64,000 bases of DNA, taken from contig CAWKHF010000012.1 in NCBI GenBank assembly GCA_963849325.1, positions 608,001 to 672,000 of the forward strand, given 5' to 3'. The notes beneath the pieces are model-generated. The model worked only from the letters and a program-made list of their open reading frames with translations, made no database searches and was not told where the DNA came from. Made by a program: the position numbers and the translations under genes. The stretch is from an uncultured Planctomycetota bacterium (GTDB taxonomy: Bacteria > Planctomycetota > Planctomycetia > Gemmatales > Gemmataceae). Of this stretch, positions 42,167 to 50,177 are shown piece by piece (the first letter of the stretch is position 1; each line of letters starts with the position of its first letter).

Positions 42167-43300
42167 ATGGAACCGTCACTGGATTACCTGCCCCGGATGC
42201 CACGGCGCAAGGACTTCCGCATCGGCTGCGTCGGCGCCGGCTTCATCATGCGCGACTGTCATCTCGTTGCCTATCGCCAAGCCGGTTTCAACCCGACGGC
42301 CATCGCCTCCCGGACGCCGACCAAGGCTCGGAAGGTGGCGGAGCAGCACGGCATCCCCCGCTGTTACGACACCATCGAGCAGCTGCTGGACGATCCCGCG
42401 ATCGAAGTGCTCGACATCGCCGTTCCTCCGGACGTACAGCCGGATGTCCTGCGCGCGGCGTGCCTGCGTAACAAGCACCTTCGCGGCATCCTCGCCCAGA
42501 AGCCGCTGGCCCTCAGCGTCCGCGAGGCCCGGCAATGCGTCGAGCAATGCACCTCGGCCGGCATCACCCTGGCCGTCAACCAGAACATGCGTTATGACCA
42601 GTCCGTCCGCGCCCTCAAAGACCTTTTGCGGCGCGGTTGGCTTGGCGAGCCGGTGCTCGGCACCATCGACATGCGGGCCATCCCGCACTGGATGCCCTGG
42701 AGCGAAGGGTTGCCTTCGCTCTCGACGTTCGTTATGAGCATCCATCACCTCGACACGTTCCGTTACTGGTTCGGCACGCCCGACCGCGTGCTGGCCAGCA
42801 CCCGTCCCGATCCGCGCACGCGCTTCTGCCACGCCGACGGCATCAACCTGTACATCCTCGAATACGACAACGGTTGCCGAGCCAGTGCCTGGGACGACGT
42901 GTGGACGGGACCGGCGCGGGAGGGCTGCGCCGGCGACATCGGCATTCGCTGGCGCGTCGAAGGCACCGAGGGTTTGGCCCGCGGCACCATCGGCTGGCCG
43001 AGTTACCCGCAGCGCACGCCCAGCACGCTGGACTTCGCCACGCGCCGGCAGCCGGACGCCTGGCTCCAGCCACGCTGGTCCGAGGTGTGGTTCCCCGATG
43101 CCTTCATCGGCACGATGGCTCAACTGCTGTGTGCGCTGGAGGAGGGCCGCGAACCTGAGATCAGCGGCCGCGATAATCTGGAGACGATTGCGCTGTGCGA
43201 GGCGGTTTACGCCGCTGCCCGCGAGCACCGCGTCACCACCGTCCGCGAGTTCCTCGTGGCCCCAGAGAAAAACCACGAATCACACGAATCACACGAATAA
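42167..43300 (+). CDS. Gfo/Idh/MocA-family oxidoreductase
   Basis: [29 protein letters not shown]. Confidence 0.9.
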   Translation: MEPSLDYLPRMPRRKDFRIGCVGAGFIMRDCHLVAYRQAGFNPTAIASRTPTKARKVAEQHGIPRCYDTIEQLLDDPAIEVLDIAVPPDVQPDVLRAACLRNKHLRGILAQKPLALSVREARQCVEQCTSAGITLAVNQNMRYDQSVRALKDLLRRGWLGEPVLGTIDMRAIPHWMPWSEGLPSLSTFVMSIHHLDTFRYWFGTPDRVLASTRPDPRTRFCHADGINLYILEYDNGCRASAWDDVWTGPAREGCAGDIGIRWRVEGTEGLARGTIGWPSYPQRTPSTLDFATRRQPDAWLQPRWSEVWFPDAFIGTMAQLLCALEEGREPEISGRDNLETIALCEAVYAAAREHRVTTVREFLVAPEKNHESHESHE

Positions 43301-43346
43301 AAGACATCTCAATTATTATTCATTCGTGTGATTCGTGGTTTTCTCT
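43264..43346. repeat. Inverted repeat, CACACGAAT family; overlaps the oxidoreductase 3' end
   Basis: AGAGAAAAACCACGAATCACACGAATCACACGAAT ... ATTCGTGTGATTCGTGGTTTTCTCT. Confidence 0.85.
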
Positions 43347-43348
43347 TT

Positions 43349-44854
43349 TCAGTGCAGAGCCCGCAGCAATCCCTCGGCCTTGTGCAGCGTCTCCTCATAC
43401 TCCGCCTCCGGCGTGGAGTCGGCGACGATACCACCGCCGACGGGGAACTGCATCCAGCCTTTTCCGATCGTGAACGTGCGGATGAGGATGTTCGCGTCCA
43501 TGCTGCCGTCGAAACCGATGTAGCCGAGACTGCCGCAATACGGCCCGCGCGCCGCCGGCTCCAGTTCGGCGATGATCTCCATCGCGCGCACCTTCGGCGC
43601 TCCCGTCACGGAGCCGCCGGGAAACGCGGCCCGCAGCAAATCGATCGGCCCCAACCCCGGCCGCAATCGGCCAACCACCTCCGAGACGAGATGATGCACG
43701 GTGCGATAGCTCTCCAGCCGGCACACCGCCGGCACGCGCACGGAACCATAGGTACACACCCGGCCCAGGTCGTTGCGCAGCAGGTCGATAATCATGACGT
43801 TCTCGGCGCGGTCCTTCGCCGAGTGCAGCAAATCGTCGCGCTGGCGCTGGTCCTCGTCCGGCGTGGCCCCGCGCGGTCGGGTGCCCTTGATGGGACGAGT
43901 TTCGACATAGCCATCCTCAACGCGCAAGAAGCGCTCCGGCGAGGCACTGACGACGACGAAATCGCCGACATCGAAATAGCCGGCGAACGGCGCCGGATTG
44001 CGTTCGCGCAGCCGGCCGTACAGCTCCAGCGGCGCGAGGACGGCCGGGCACAGCAAGCGCTGCGACAGGTTGACCTGGAAGCAGTCGCCGGCGTGGATGT
44101 AGTCGATGGCGCGCCGTACCGCCGCGAGATAGCCTGGCCGATCGAAGTTGCTGAAGACACCCGACAGTCCCGGCAGCGGATGAAGATTATCGGGAGAGGT
44201 AGTGTCTCCACCGAATATGCCCGGAAGCGGCGACGAGTGGTGCGGATCGATCAGTCGGCGTTTCACCGCTTGCAGTCGGAGGAGCGCCCGCTGGCGGCGC
44301 CGTACCGCATCGGTCTCGGGCAGCCCGGTCGAAACGATCCAGGTCCGCCGCTGGACGTGATCGAAGGAGACAACCCAGTCGTACAACCCGATGGCCAGGT
44401 CCGGTGTTTGGAACTCGTCGCCGCGCGGCCGCGGCAGGCGCTCGATGTGATGGCAGAGGTCGTAGCCAAACAGTCCGGCCGCACCGCCCTGAAACGGCGG
44501 CAATCCGGCGATGGTCTCGACGCGCCACCGGCTCAGGCGGTCTCGAAGGGCCGCGAAAGGATCAACCTGTTGCTCCCCCTCGTCACCTTCCAGGATCTGC
44601 CCGCGCCGGACGCAGAGCCAATGAAAGGGGGCGGCGGTTACGAGAGAATAGCGGCCGAGTCCCGGCTGAAGAGCGGCGCTTTCCAGGAACAGCAGGTGGG
44701 GCAGAGAAGCCAATCGACGGCAAATGTCCCAGGGATCGAGCCAGGGCGTCAGCTCTTCGACGAGCGGAGTGATGGGATCGCATGGTGCGGAGCAAGGACC
44801 TGCTGGCGGCAGGCCGAGCCGTTGCGCGGTCATCCTCGGTTGGGTGTTCCCCAT
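43349..44854 (-). CDS. pabB: Aminodeoxychorismate synthase component I; start uncertain
   Basis: GDCFQVNLSQR, NPAPFAGY, SPERFL, TRPIKGTRPRG, KDRAENVMIIDLLRND, FPGGSVTGAPK. Confidence 0.92.
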   Translation of the reverse strand: MGNTQPRMTAQRLGLPPAGPCSAPCDPITPLVEELTPWLDPWDICRRLASLPHLLFLESAALQPGLGRYSLVTAAPFHWLCVRRGQILEGDEGEQQVDPFAALRDRLSRWRVETIAGLPPFQGGAAGLFGYDLCHHIERLPRPRGDEFQTPDLAIGLYDWVVSFDHVQRRTWIVSTGLPETDAVRRRQRALLRLQAVKRRLIDPHHSSPLPGIFGGDTTSPDNLHPLPGLSGVFSNFDRPGYLAAVRRAIDYIHAGDCFQVNLSQRLLCPAVLAPLELYGRLRERNPAPFAGYFDVGDFVVVSASPERFLRVEDGYVETRPIKGTRPRGATPDEDQRQRDDLLHSAKDRAENVMIIDLLRNDLGRVCTYGSVRVPAVCRLESYRTVHHLVSEVVGRLRPGLGPIDLLRAAFPGGSVTGAPKVRAMEIIAELEPAARGPYCGSLGYIGFDGSMDANILIRTFTIGKGWMQFPVGGGIVADSTPEAEYEETLHKAEGLLRALH

Positions 44855-45109
44855 CTTCGTCTTTCTATCCTCGTGGCTCGGTTTCGGCCCGCAGTCATCC
44901 GGTTCTCGGCCGCCTGGTAGAGAGGAATCCGAAGAAAAAGGGAACGACGCCAAACGGCGAAGGAGCCGGGGCGACCGGCAGGGATTTTGCTTAACGGGCA
45001 AACGTCGTGAGCTTGAGGTAGCGGTGTTAGGACGCACCGGCACGCCCTAAGCCCCTGCGCTGGGCGCGCCGGCGCGCTTGAAGAACATAGTTCGGCGAAG
45101 AGGAGGTCG

Positions 45110-45138
45110 TTGACGGGTGATTTCGGACGGTGTACGCT
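45110..45138 (+). promoter_or_regulatory. Sigma70 promoter of TA operon, probably giving a leaderless mRNA
   Basis: TTGACG-17 nt-TACGCT; ATG 6 nt after the -10 box; no RBS in between. Confidence 0.55.
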
Positions 45139-45144
45139 TGCGCT

Positions 45145-45360
45145 ATGGACTACACGCACCTTATCACGATTGAGCCGGGCAAGCGGAGCGGCCAGCCATG
45201 CATCCGTGGCATGCGGATCACCGTGCAGGACGTGCTGGAGTACCTTGCAGGAGGCATGACTGCTGAAGAGGTACTGGCCGACTTCCCCGAGTTGACCACG
45301 GAGGACTTGCGCGCGTGCCTGGCGTTCGCAGCCGAGCGTGAGCGGCGGTTGCGGGTATGA
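45145..45360 (+). CDS. DUF433 antitoxin
   Basis: ITIEPGKRSGQPCIRGMRITVQDVLEYLAGGM..DFPELTTEDLRACLAFAA. Confidence 0.93.
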   Translation: MDYTHLITIEPGKRSGQPCIRGMRITVQDVLEYLAGGMTAEEVLADFPELTTEDLRACLAFAAERERRLRV

Positions 45361-45689
45361 GTCTCTTGTTCGACCAGAACTTGTCCCGCAAGTTGGTCGG
45401 GATGCTCGCGGCCGAATATCCCGGCTCCGAACACGTCGAGGGCGCGGGCCTATTGGGGGCCGACGATCTGACGGTGTGGCGTTACGCGGCGGGGCGGAGC
45501 CTGATAGTGGTATCAAAGGACTCGGACTTCCGTCACTTAGCGCTACTGCACGGCCCTCCGCCGAAGGTGATTTGGGTGCGGGCCGGGAACGGGCCGACGG
45601 CGGCGGTAGCGGCCCTGCTGCGTGCGCGGGTGACAGACGTGCAGGCATTCGCCGCGGACTCGGCCCTAGCATTGTTGGTCCTGCCGTAG
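45357..45689 (+). CDS. DUF5615 PIN-like toxin
   Basis: LLFDQNLSRKL, DLTVWRYA, IVVSKDSDF, GPPPKVIWV; ATGA overlap. Confidence 0.92.
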   Translation: MSLLFDQNLSRKLVGMLAAEYPGSEHVEGAGLLGADDLTVWRYAAGRSLIVVSKDSDFRHLALLHGPPPKVIWVRAGNGPTAAVAALLRARVTDVQAFAADSALALLVLP

Positions 45690-45750
45690 CTTCCCGGGTA
45701 CGAGTCGCTGATCGCCGAAACAGTAGTTCGACGAAGGAAAAGTAATTACG

Positions 45751-46899
45751 ATGTCCCGGTTCTTCACCTGCCACTGGCAGAACAAGTACTGGAACCCCGA
45801 CTGCAATAGCGAGGGCAAGCCCATCCGCAGTTCTGGTGGGAACCGCTACACGAGCCGGGGGATTGCCGGTGGGCGTGGCCACAAAGCTTACATCGTCAGC
45901 ATGCTTGACGGCCAACTCTACCTCGGTGGCCGAATGACCGTCTCACGGATCGTCTCTCGCGAGGAGGCAGTGCGAATTCGTGGCAATGACCGCCTGTATC
46001 CAGCTGACGAGTGGCTGATCGATGACACTCTTGAGGGCGGGACTTCGCTCCATCTCCGGCGGCGGCTGGCCCCGAAGGTCGCTCAGCAAATCCGGTGCAT
46101 CCTGGCCAGCGGCGAGGAGCGAGGATTGTTCTTTGTCTCGGACACGCATCTGGACGTGCAGGCGACTCGAGGCGTCCGAGAATTGACAGCCGAATCCGCA
46201 GAGTTTCTGGATCGGATAATCACGTTGACTGACGCGATGCCCCCTGACGAGAAATTAGTCACTGTCACTGATGAGATGCTTCTAGTGGCTCATCAGGCAG
46301 GCACGCCAAGCGCCTCCGAGCGCGGCGTTGCAGCAGATCGGAGATCCAAGCCTGTTGTTATTGACATCTATTCCGACGAGGTCGAATCTGGCGCGATATA
46401 CCGAGAGGGAGCAGTCGTCCAGAGATCGGTGAATGCCTATGAGCGGAACTCCGCCGCACGAGAAGCTTGCATCGCGTATCATGGTACGAACTGCTGTGTC
46501 TGCGACATTAACTTCGGGCAGATATATGGGCCAGAGGTGGACGGCCTCATTCATGTCCACCACCTGCGCTCGTTATCGGAGATCGGTGCTGAATACACTG
46601 TGGACTCTCTCGCCGACCTTCGCCCAGTTTGCCCGAATTGCCACGCAGTCTTGCACTCTCGCACCCCAGCGTACAGTATTGAGGAGGTCCGAGGTTTTTT
46701 GAGACGGCAGGAGAGCACGAACCAGTCTCTGCAGCAGGCCGGCCACGCGAATGAGGTTTGTCTGTGCTTCCTTTGTCATTGCATGTCGGCCGGCGCCGGT
46801 TACGATGTCAGAAGATCGGCGGATGCGAGGATCCTGAAGGCAAGGCGGAGTTACGACCATGTTGCAGTTGGAGAGCGAGAAGCGGCCCCAGAGCTGTGA
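45751..46899 (+). CDS. HNH endonuclease (McrA-like C-terminal domain) with unrecognised N-terminal domain
   Basis: EG..YERNSAAREACI..CCVC..IHVHH..DLRPVCPNCHAVLH; lower GC; last ~60 aa look like non-conserved read-through. Confidence 0.85.
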   Translation: MSRFFTCHWQNKYWNPDCNSEGKPIRSSGGNRYTSRGIAGGRGHKAYIVSMLDGQLYLGGRMTVSRIVSREEAVRIRGNDRLYPADEWLIDDTLEGGTSLHLRRRLAPKVAQQIRCILASGEERGLFFVSDTHLDVQATRGVRELTAESAEFLDRIITLTDAMPPDEKLVTVTDEMLLVAHQAGTPSASERGVAADRRSKPVVIDIYSDEVESGAIYREGAVVQRSVNAYERNSAAREACIAYHGTNCCVCDINFGQIYGPEVDGLIHVHHLRSLSEIGAEYTVDSLADLRPVCPNCHAVLHSRTPAYSIEEVRGFLRRQESTNQSLQQAGHANEVCLCFLCHCMSAGAGYDVRRSADARILKARRSYDHVAVGEREAAPEL

Positions 46900-48123
46900 C
46901 GGTCTGACGCGACGAGACTTCTTGCGCGTCGGCGCCCTCGGCGCTGGAGCGGTCGGCCTGTCGCTGGCGGACCTGCGCCGGCGATTCCCGGAAGGATGTC
47001 AACTGTATCCTCCTCTTCCTCGTCGGCGGTCCCAGTCAGCTCGACACCTGGGACCTGAAGCCAGACGCCCCCGAGACGATTCGCGGCCCGTTCCGGCCGA
47101 TTTCGACCAGCGTCCCCGGTATGCGGATCAGCGAACATTTCCCCCTCATGGCCCAGCGGGCACGGCACTACGCCATCGTTCGCTCGGTCCATCACGAGGA
47201 AGCGCCCATCCACGAGACCGGCCAGCAGCTGATGCAGACCGGGCACCTGTTCCGCGATGGCCACGAATATCCGCACTATGGCGCTGTGCTGTCGCAGCAG
47301 CGCGGACCGCGGGTCGAGGGGATGCCGCCCTTCGTCGTGCTGCCGGCGCCGATCGGCCACACCGGCGTCAGCGTCGCGCACGGCCAGGGCGCCGGCGCTC
47401 TCGGCGGCCGTCACGAGCCATTCGTCCTGCACGCCGACCCGGCCCGCTTGCCGCACGGCCGGGCGCTGCTCGACGCCGTGGACGCCGCCCACCGCGCCCT
47501 CGATGCCGACCCTTCGCGCGATCCGGCCTTCCACCAACTGTTCGCCTCCCGGGCCAAGAAAGCGTTCGACCTCGCCGGCGAGAACGAGGACGTGCGCGGC
47601 GCGCTATGGACGGAACACCTTCGGCCAGTCGTGCCTGCTGGCCCGGCGGTTGATCGAGCACGGTGTTCGGCTGGCGACGGTCAACATGTTCGACACGGTG
47701 TTCAACGAAATCACCTGGGACTGTCACGCCGACGGCGGGGCGCTGGGCACGACCCTGGACGATTACCGCGCAACGCTGTGCCCGATTTTTGACCAGGCGT
47801 ACTCGGCCCTGCTCGACGACCTGGACGCGCGCGGATTGTTAGAGAGTACGCTGGTGGTGGCGATGGGAGAGTTCGGCCGGACGCCGCGTCTGAACCCGCG
47901 CGGCGGCCGCGATCACTGGCCGGGTGTGTGGTCCATCCTGTTCGCTGGCGGCGGCGTGCATGGCGGCCAGGTCGTCGGTTCGTCCGACCATCTCGGCGCC
48001 GAGCCGCGCGATCGCCCGGTGACGCCGGCCGAAGTCGCGGCCACGATCTATCACCTGCTCGGCATCGACAGCCGAACGCTCTTGTCGGAAGCGACGCCCA
48101 TTGCGGAGCTACTTCGTGGCTGA
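46859..48123 (+). CDS. DUF1501 domain protein; frameshifts near 46985 and 47600
   Basis: TRRDFLRVG, GGPSQLDTWDLKP, FGQSCLLARRLIE, MGEFGRTP..GRDHW. Confidence 0.88.
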
Positions 48124-48136
48124 CGGCACGCCTCCA

Positions 48137-48230
48137 TTTTCACCACGGAATACACGGAAAACACGGAAATAAGACAAAAAGTCTATTCGCATTCTTTTTT
48201 GTCTTTTTTCCGTGTATTCCGTGGTGAAAA
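48137..48230. repeat. Long inverted repeat, CACGGAAAA family
   Basis: TTTTCACCACGGAATACACGGAAAACACGGAAAT ... TTTTTCCGTGTATTCCGTGGTGAAAA. Confidence 0.85.
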
Positions 48231-48240
48231 AGTGTCTTCT

Positions 48241-48531
48241 TCACGAACCGGCGTGGGCCATCTCGGCTTCGACCGTGCCCGACTCCAGACCGAGCCGTTC
48301 GCGGGCCTGACGCAGGACGCGCCAGGGCCCGAGGAACCAGACTAATTGCAACTCCGCATCCATCTCGGTCGGGTTGAGCACCGGCCCATCGCCGAGATCG
48401 CTCCCCTTCGGCTGGACGAGAATAAACCCGGTGAACATGTCGAGCAGAAGGACGTCGCTCGGGACGCTCCGCTTGCGGATGGCCTTGGCGCGTTCCTTGG
48501 ATACCCAACGAGCCTCGAATTCTGTCTGCAT
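48241..48531 (-). CDS. Hypothetical protein
   Basis: 96 aa; GGAGAGG RBS; sigma54-like site upstream. Confidence 0.55.
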   Translation of the reverse strand: MQTEFEARWVSKERAKAIRKRSVPSDVLLLDMFTGFILVQPKGSDLGDGPVLNPTEMDAELQLVWFLGPWRVLRQARERLGLESGTVEAEMAHAGS

Positions 48532-48576
48532 GATGTGTTACCTCTCCGGGGCGACAACAACCGGATACGGTTTTTA

Positions 48577-48592
48577 TGCAAATGCGATGCCC
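48577..48592 (-). promoter_or_regulatory. Putative sigma54 (-24/-12) promoter
   Basis: GGGCATCGCATTTGCA (GG-N10-GC). Confidence 0.45.
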
Positions 48593-48658
48593 GGAACCGG
48601 CAAGTCTTCTGTCGTCTGGAAGGCGGAGAGGAGAAGGCGAGAATAGCTGGCCTGGCCC

Positions 48659-50166
48659 GAATGGCGTTCGGTTAAGCCGCATCTTCTTGTGGTGGTGACG
48701 TTTGATGCAACAATCTCTCGCGCAGCGCGGCTCGTGGTTGGTTCATCAAGTCGTAGGGTTTGGCCCGACGTTTCTTCACCCGCGGTTCCACGCGACCGGG
48801 ACGACACGGTACTACCTGCAGCCGCGGCAATTCTTCGCCATGCCGCGCTTCCCGCAACCAACGCCACGCATCCGCGAAGCTAATACGTTCTGGTTCCACC
48901 TCTTGCTGTCGCGCCGCCTCCACCATCACCCGACGCACCAGATTATACACCAGCACGAAGACCAACAGTTCCTTCCACACACCTTGCCACGTCTCACAAC
49001 GCAGCACGTCCATGCGCAAGGTCTGTTTCAGGTGACGCAGATTGACTTCCACGCCCCAACGCTTCTCGTACAGCCGAGCCAACACCTCCGGCGGATAACG
49101 CCGTCGATCCAACAGCGTTGTCACCAGGGTCAACTCCCGCACCCGGCAAGTCGGCGTCCGGATCGGCACACGCACCTCACGGACCACCAGCGACGACGGC
49201 AAGGATTCATACTCCTGGCTGTCCATCCAGGCCGGACACTCGGCTGGCTTAACGTACTCGACGAGTTGATCGTCGCGGCCCAGCCGACGCAGCCAGCGCG
49301 AGCGGGGCAAGCCCGCTTCTGCCTTGCGGGGCTGACGGTTCGGCGCGCTACGTGCTTCCGCCGCGGCTTGAAGGAGATGATAAGACGCTGATGGGCACGA
49401 AAGAGGCTGAAAACGCCTCGTTGGTGTCGCATCGCCAGGTGAGCATAGGAGCAGAAAGCGCGATCGCCGGCCACCACGTCGCCAGCCCGCAGTCCGCGGT
49501 GGGTCCAGGTCAGGTCGGCCAGGTCGTGCGTCCGTAACGGTCCCGGCATGACGTTGATCAGATAGCCGGTGTAGGCATGAAACTGCACCAGCAGGTGGGC
49601 CGTGGGGAAGCCGCAGCCTTGGGCCTGCTGGCCACTCTGACCGAAGGCGGCATGCAAGTCGGGCGTGTCCGGCATGGAGAAACTGGAACCATCGAGGAAA
49701 AAGACGCGATGACCATGCCACAAGGCGCGTGGGTCGTTGTCGCTGGAGCGGCAGCGGTCGAGGACGGCGACGCCCAGTCGTTGGAAGAAGGGCACGGGCA
49801 GGCGTTGTCGGGCCTCGCAGTAGGACGAGTCTGCGAAGGAAAGCTTGGCGAGGCGGCGGAGTTCGGAGACCGAGGTGTTCCCTTCGAGGATTTGGCGGAT
49901 GAACAAGTGGGTGGTGACCAGGGGAGTCAGCCGACGCTGACGTTCCGCCCAGACGGAGCGCTCGTGCGAGGGAATGGATGAGGGGGGCATCGATCCATTG
50001 GGCGGTAGCACCCTTGATGCGTTCGAGGGCTTGCGACATACTAAGCATGGCGGCCTCCTGAGATGATGAGGTCTGGACAACTCCATCATGGCAGGAGGCT
50101 GCCGCCTTTCCAAGATCGTCAGAAGTTCAAGCAGCGAAAGAGGCTACGCTTAACCGAACGCCATTC
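48659..50166 (-). mobile_element. IS4-family insertion sequence, 1508 bp
   Basis: Perfect 19-bp TIR GAATGGCGTTCGGTTAAGC (48659-48677 / 50148-50166); 11-bp TSD TGGCCTGGCCC (48648-48658 / 50167-50177). Confidence 0.95.
48672..50048 (-). CDS. IS4-family DDE transposase; internal frameshifts
   Basis: FLDGSSFSMPDT, VAGDRAFCSY, LYEKRWGVEVNLRHLKQ (YREK), GRVEPRVKKRR. Confidence 0.92.
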   Translation of the reverse strand: MLSMSQALERIKGATAQWIDAPLIHSLARALRLGGTSASADSPGHHPLVHPPNPRREHLGLRTPPPRQAFLRRLVLLRGPTTPARALLPTTGRRRPRPLPLQRQRPTRLVAWSSRLFPRWFQFLHAGHARLACRLRSEWPAGPRLRLPHGPPAGAVSCLHRLSDQRHAGTVTDARPGRPDLDPPRTAGWRRGGRRSRFLLLCSPGDATPTRRFQPLSCPSASYHLLQAAAEARSAPNRQPRKAEAGLPRSRWLRRLGRDDQLVEYVKPAECPAWMDSQEYESLPSSLVVREVRVPIRTPTCRVRELTLVTTLLDRRRYPPEVLARLYEKRWGVEVNLRHLKQTLRMDVLRCETWQGVWKELLVFVLVYNLVRRVMVEAARQQEVEPERISFADAWRWLREARHGEELPRLQVVPCRPGRVEPRVKKRRAKPYDLMNQPRAALRERLLHQTSPPQEDAA

Positions 50167-50177
50167 TGGCCTGGCCC

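Noticed and set aside
46710-46899. Cys-rich C-terminal domain of the HNH protein
   Set aside because: Appears to be read-through across an attC-like remnant and overlaps the next gene
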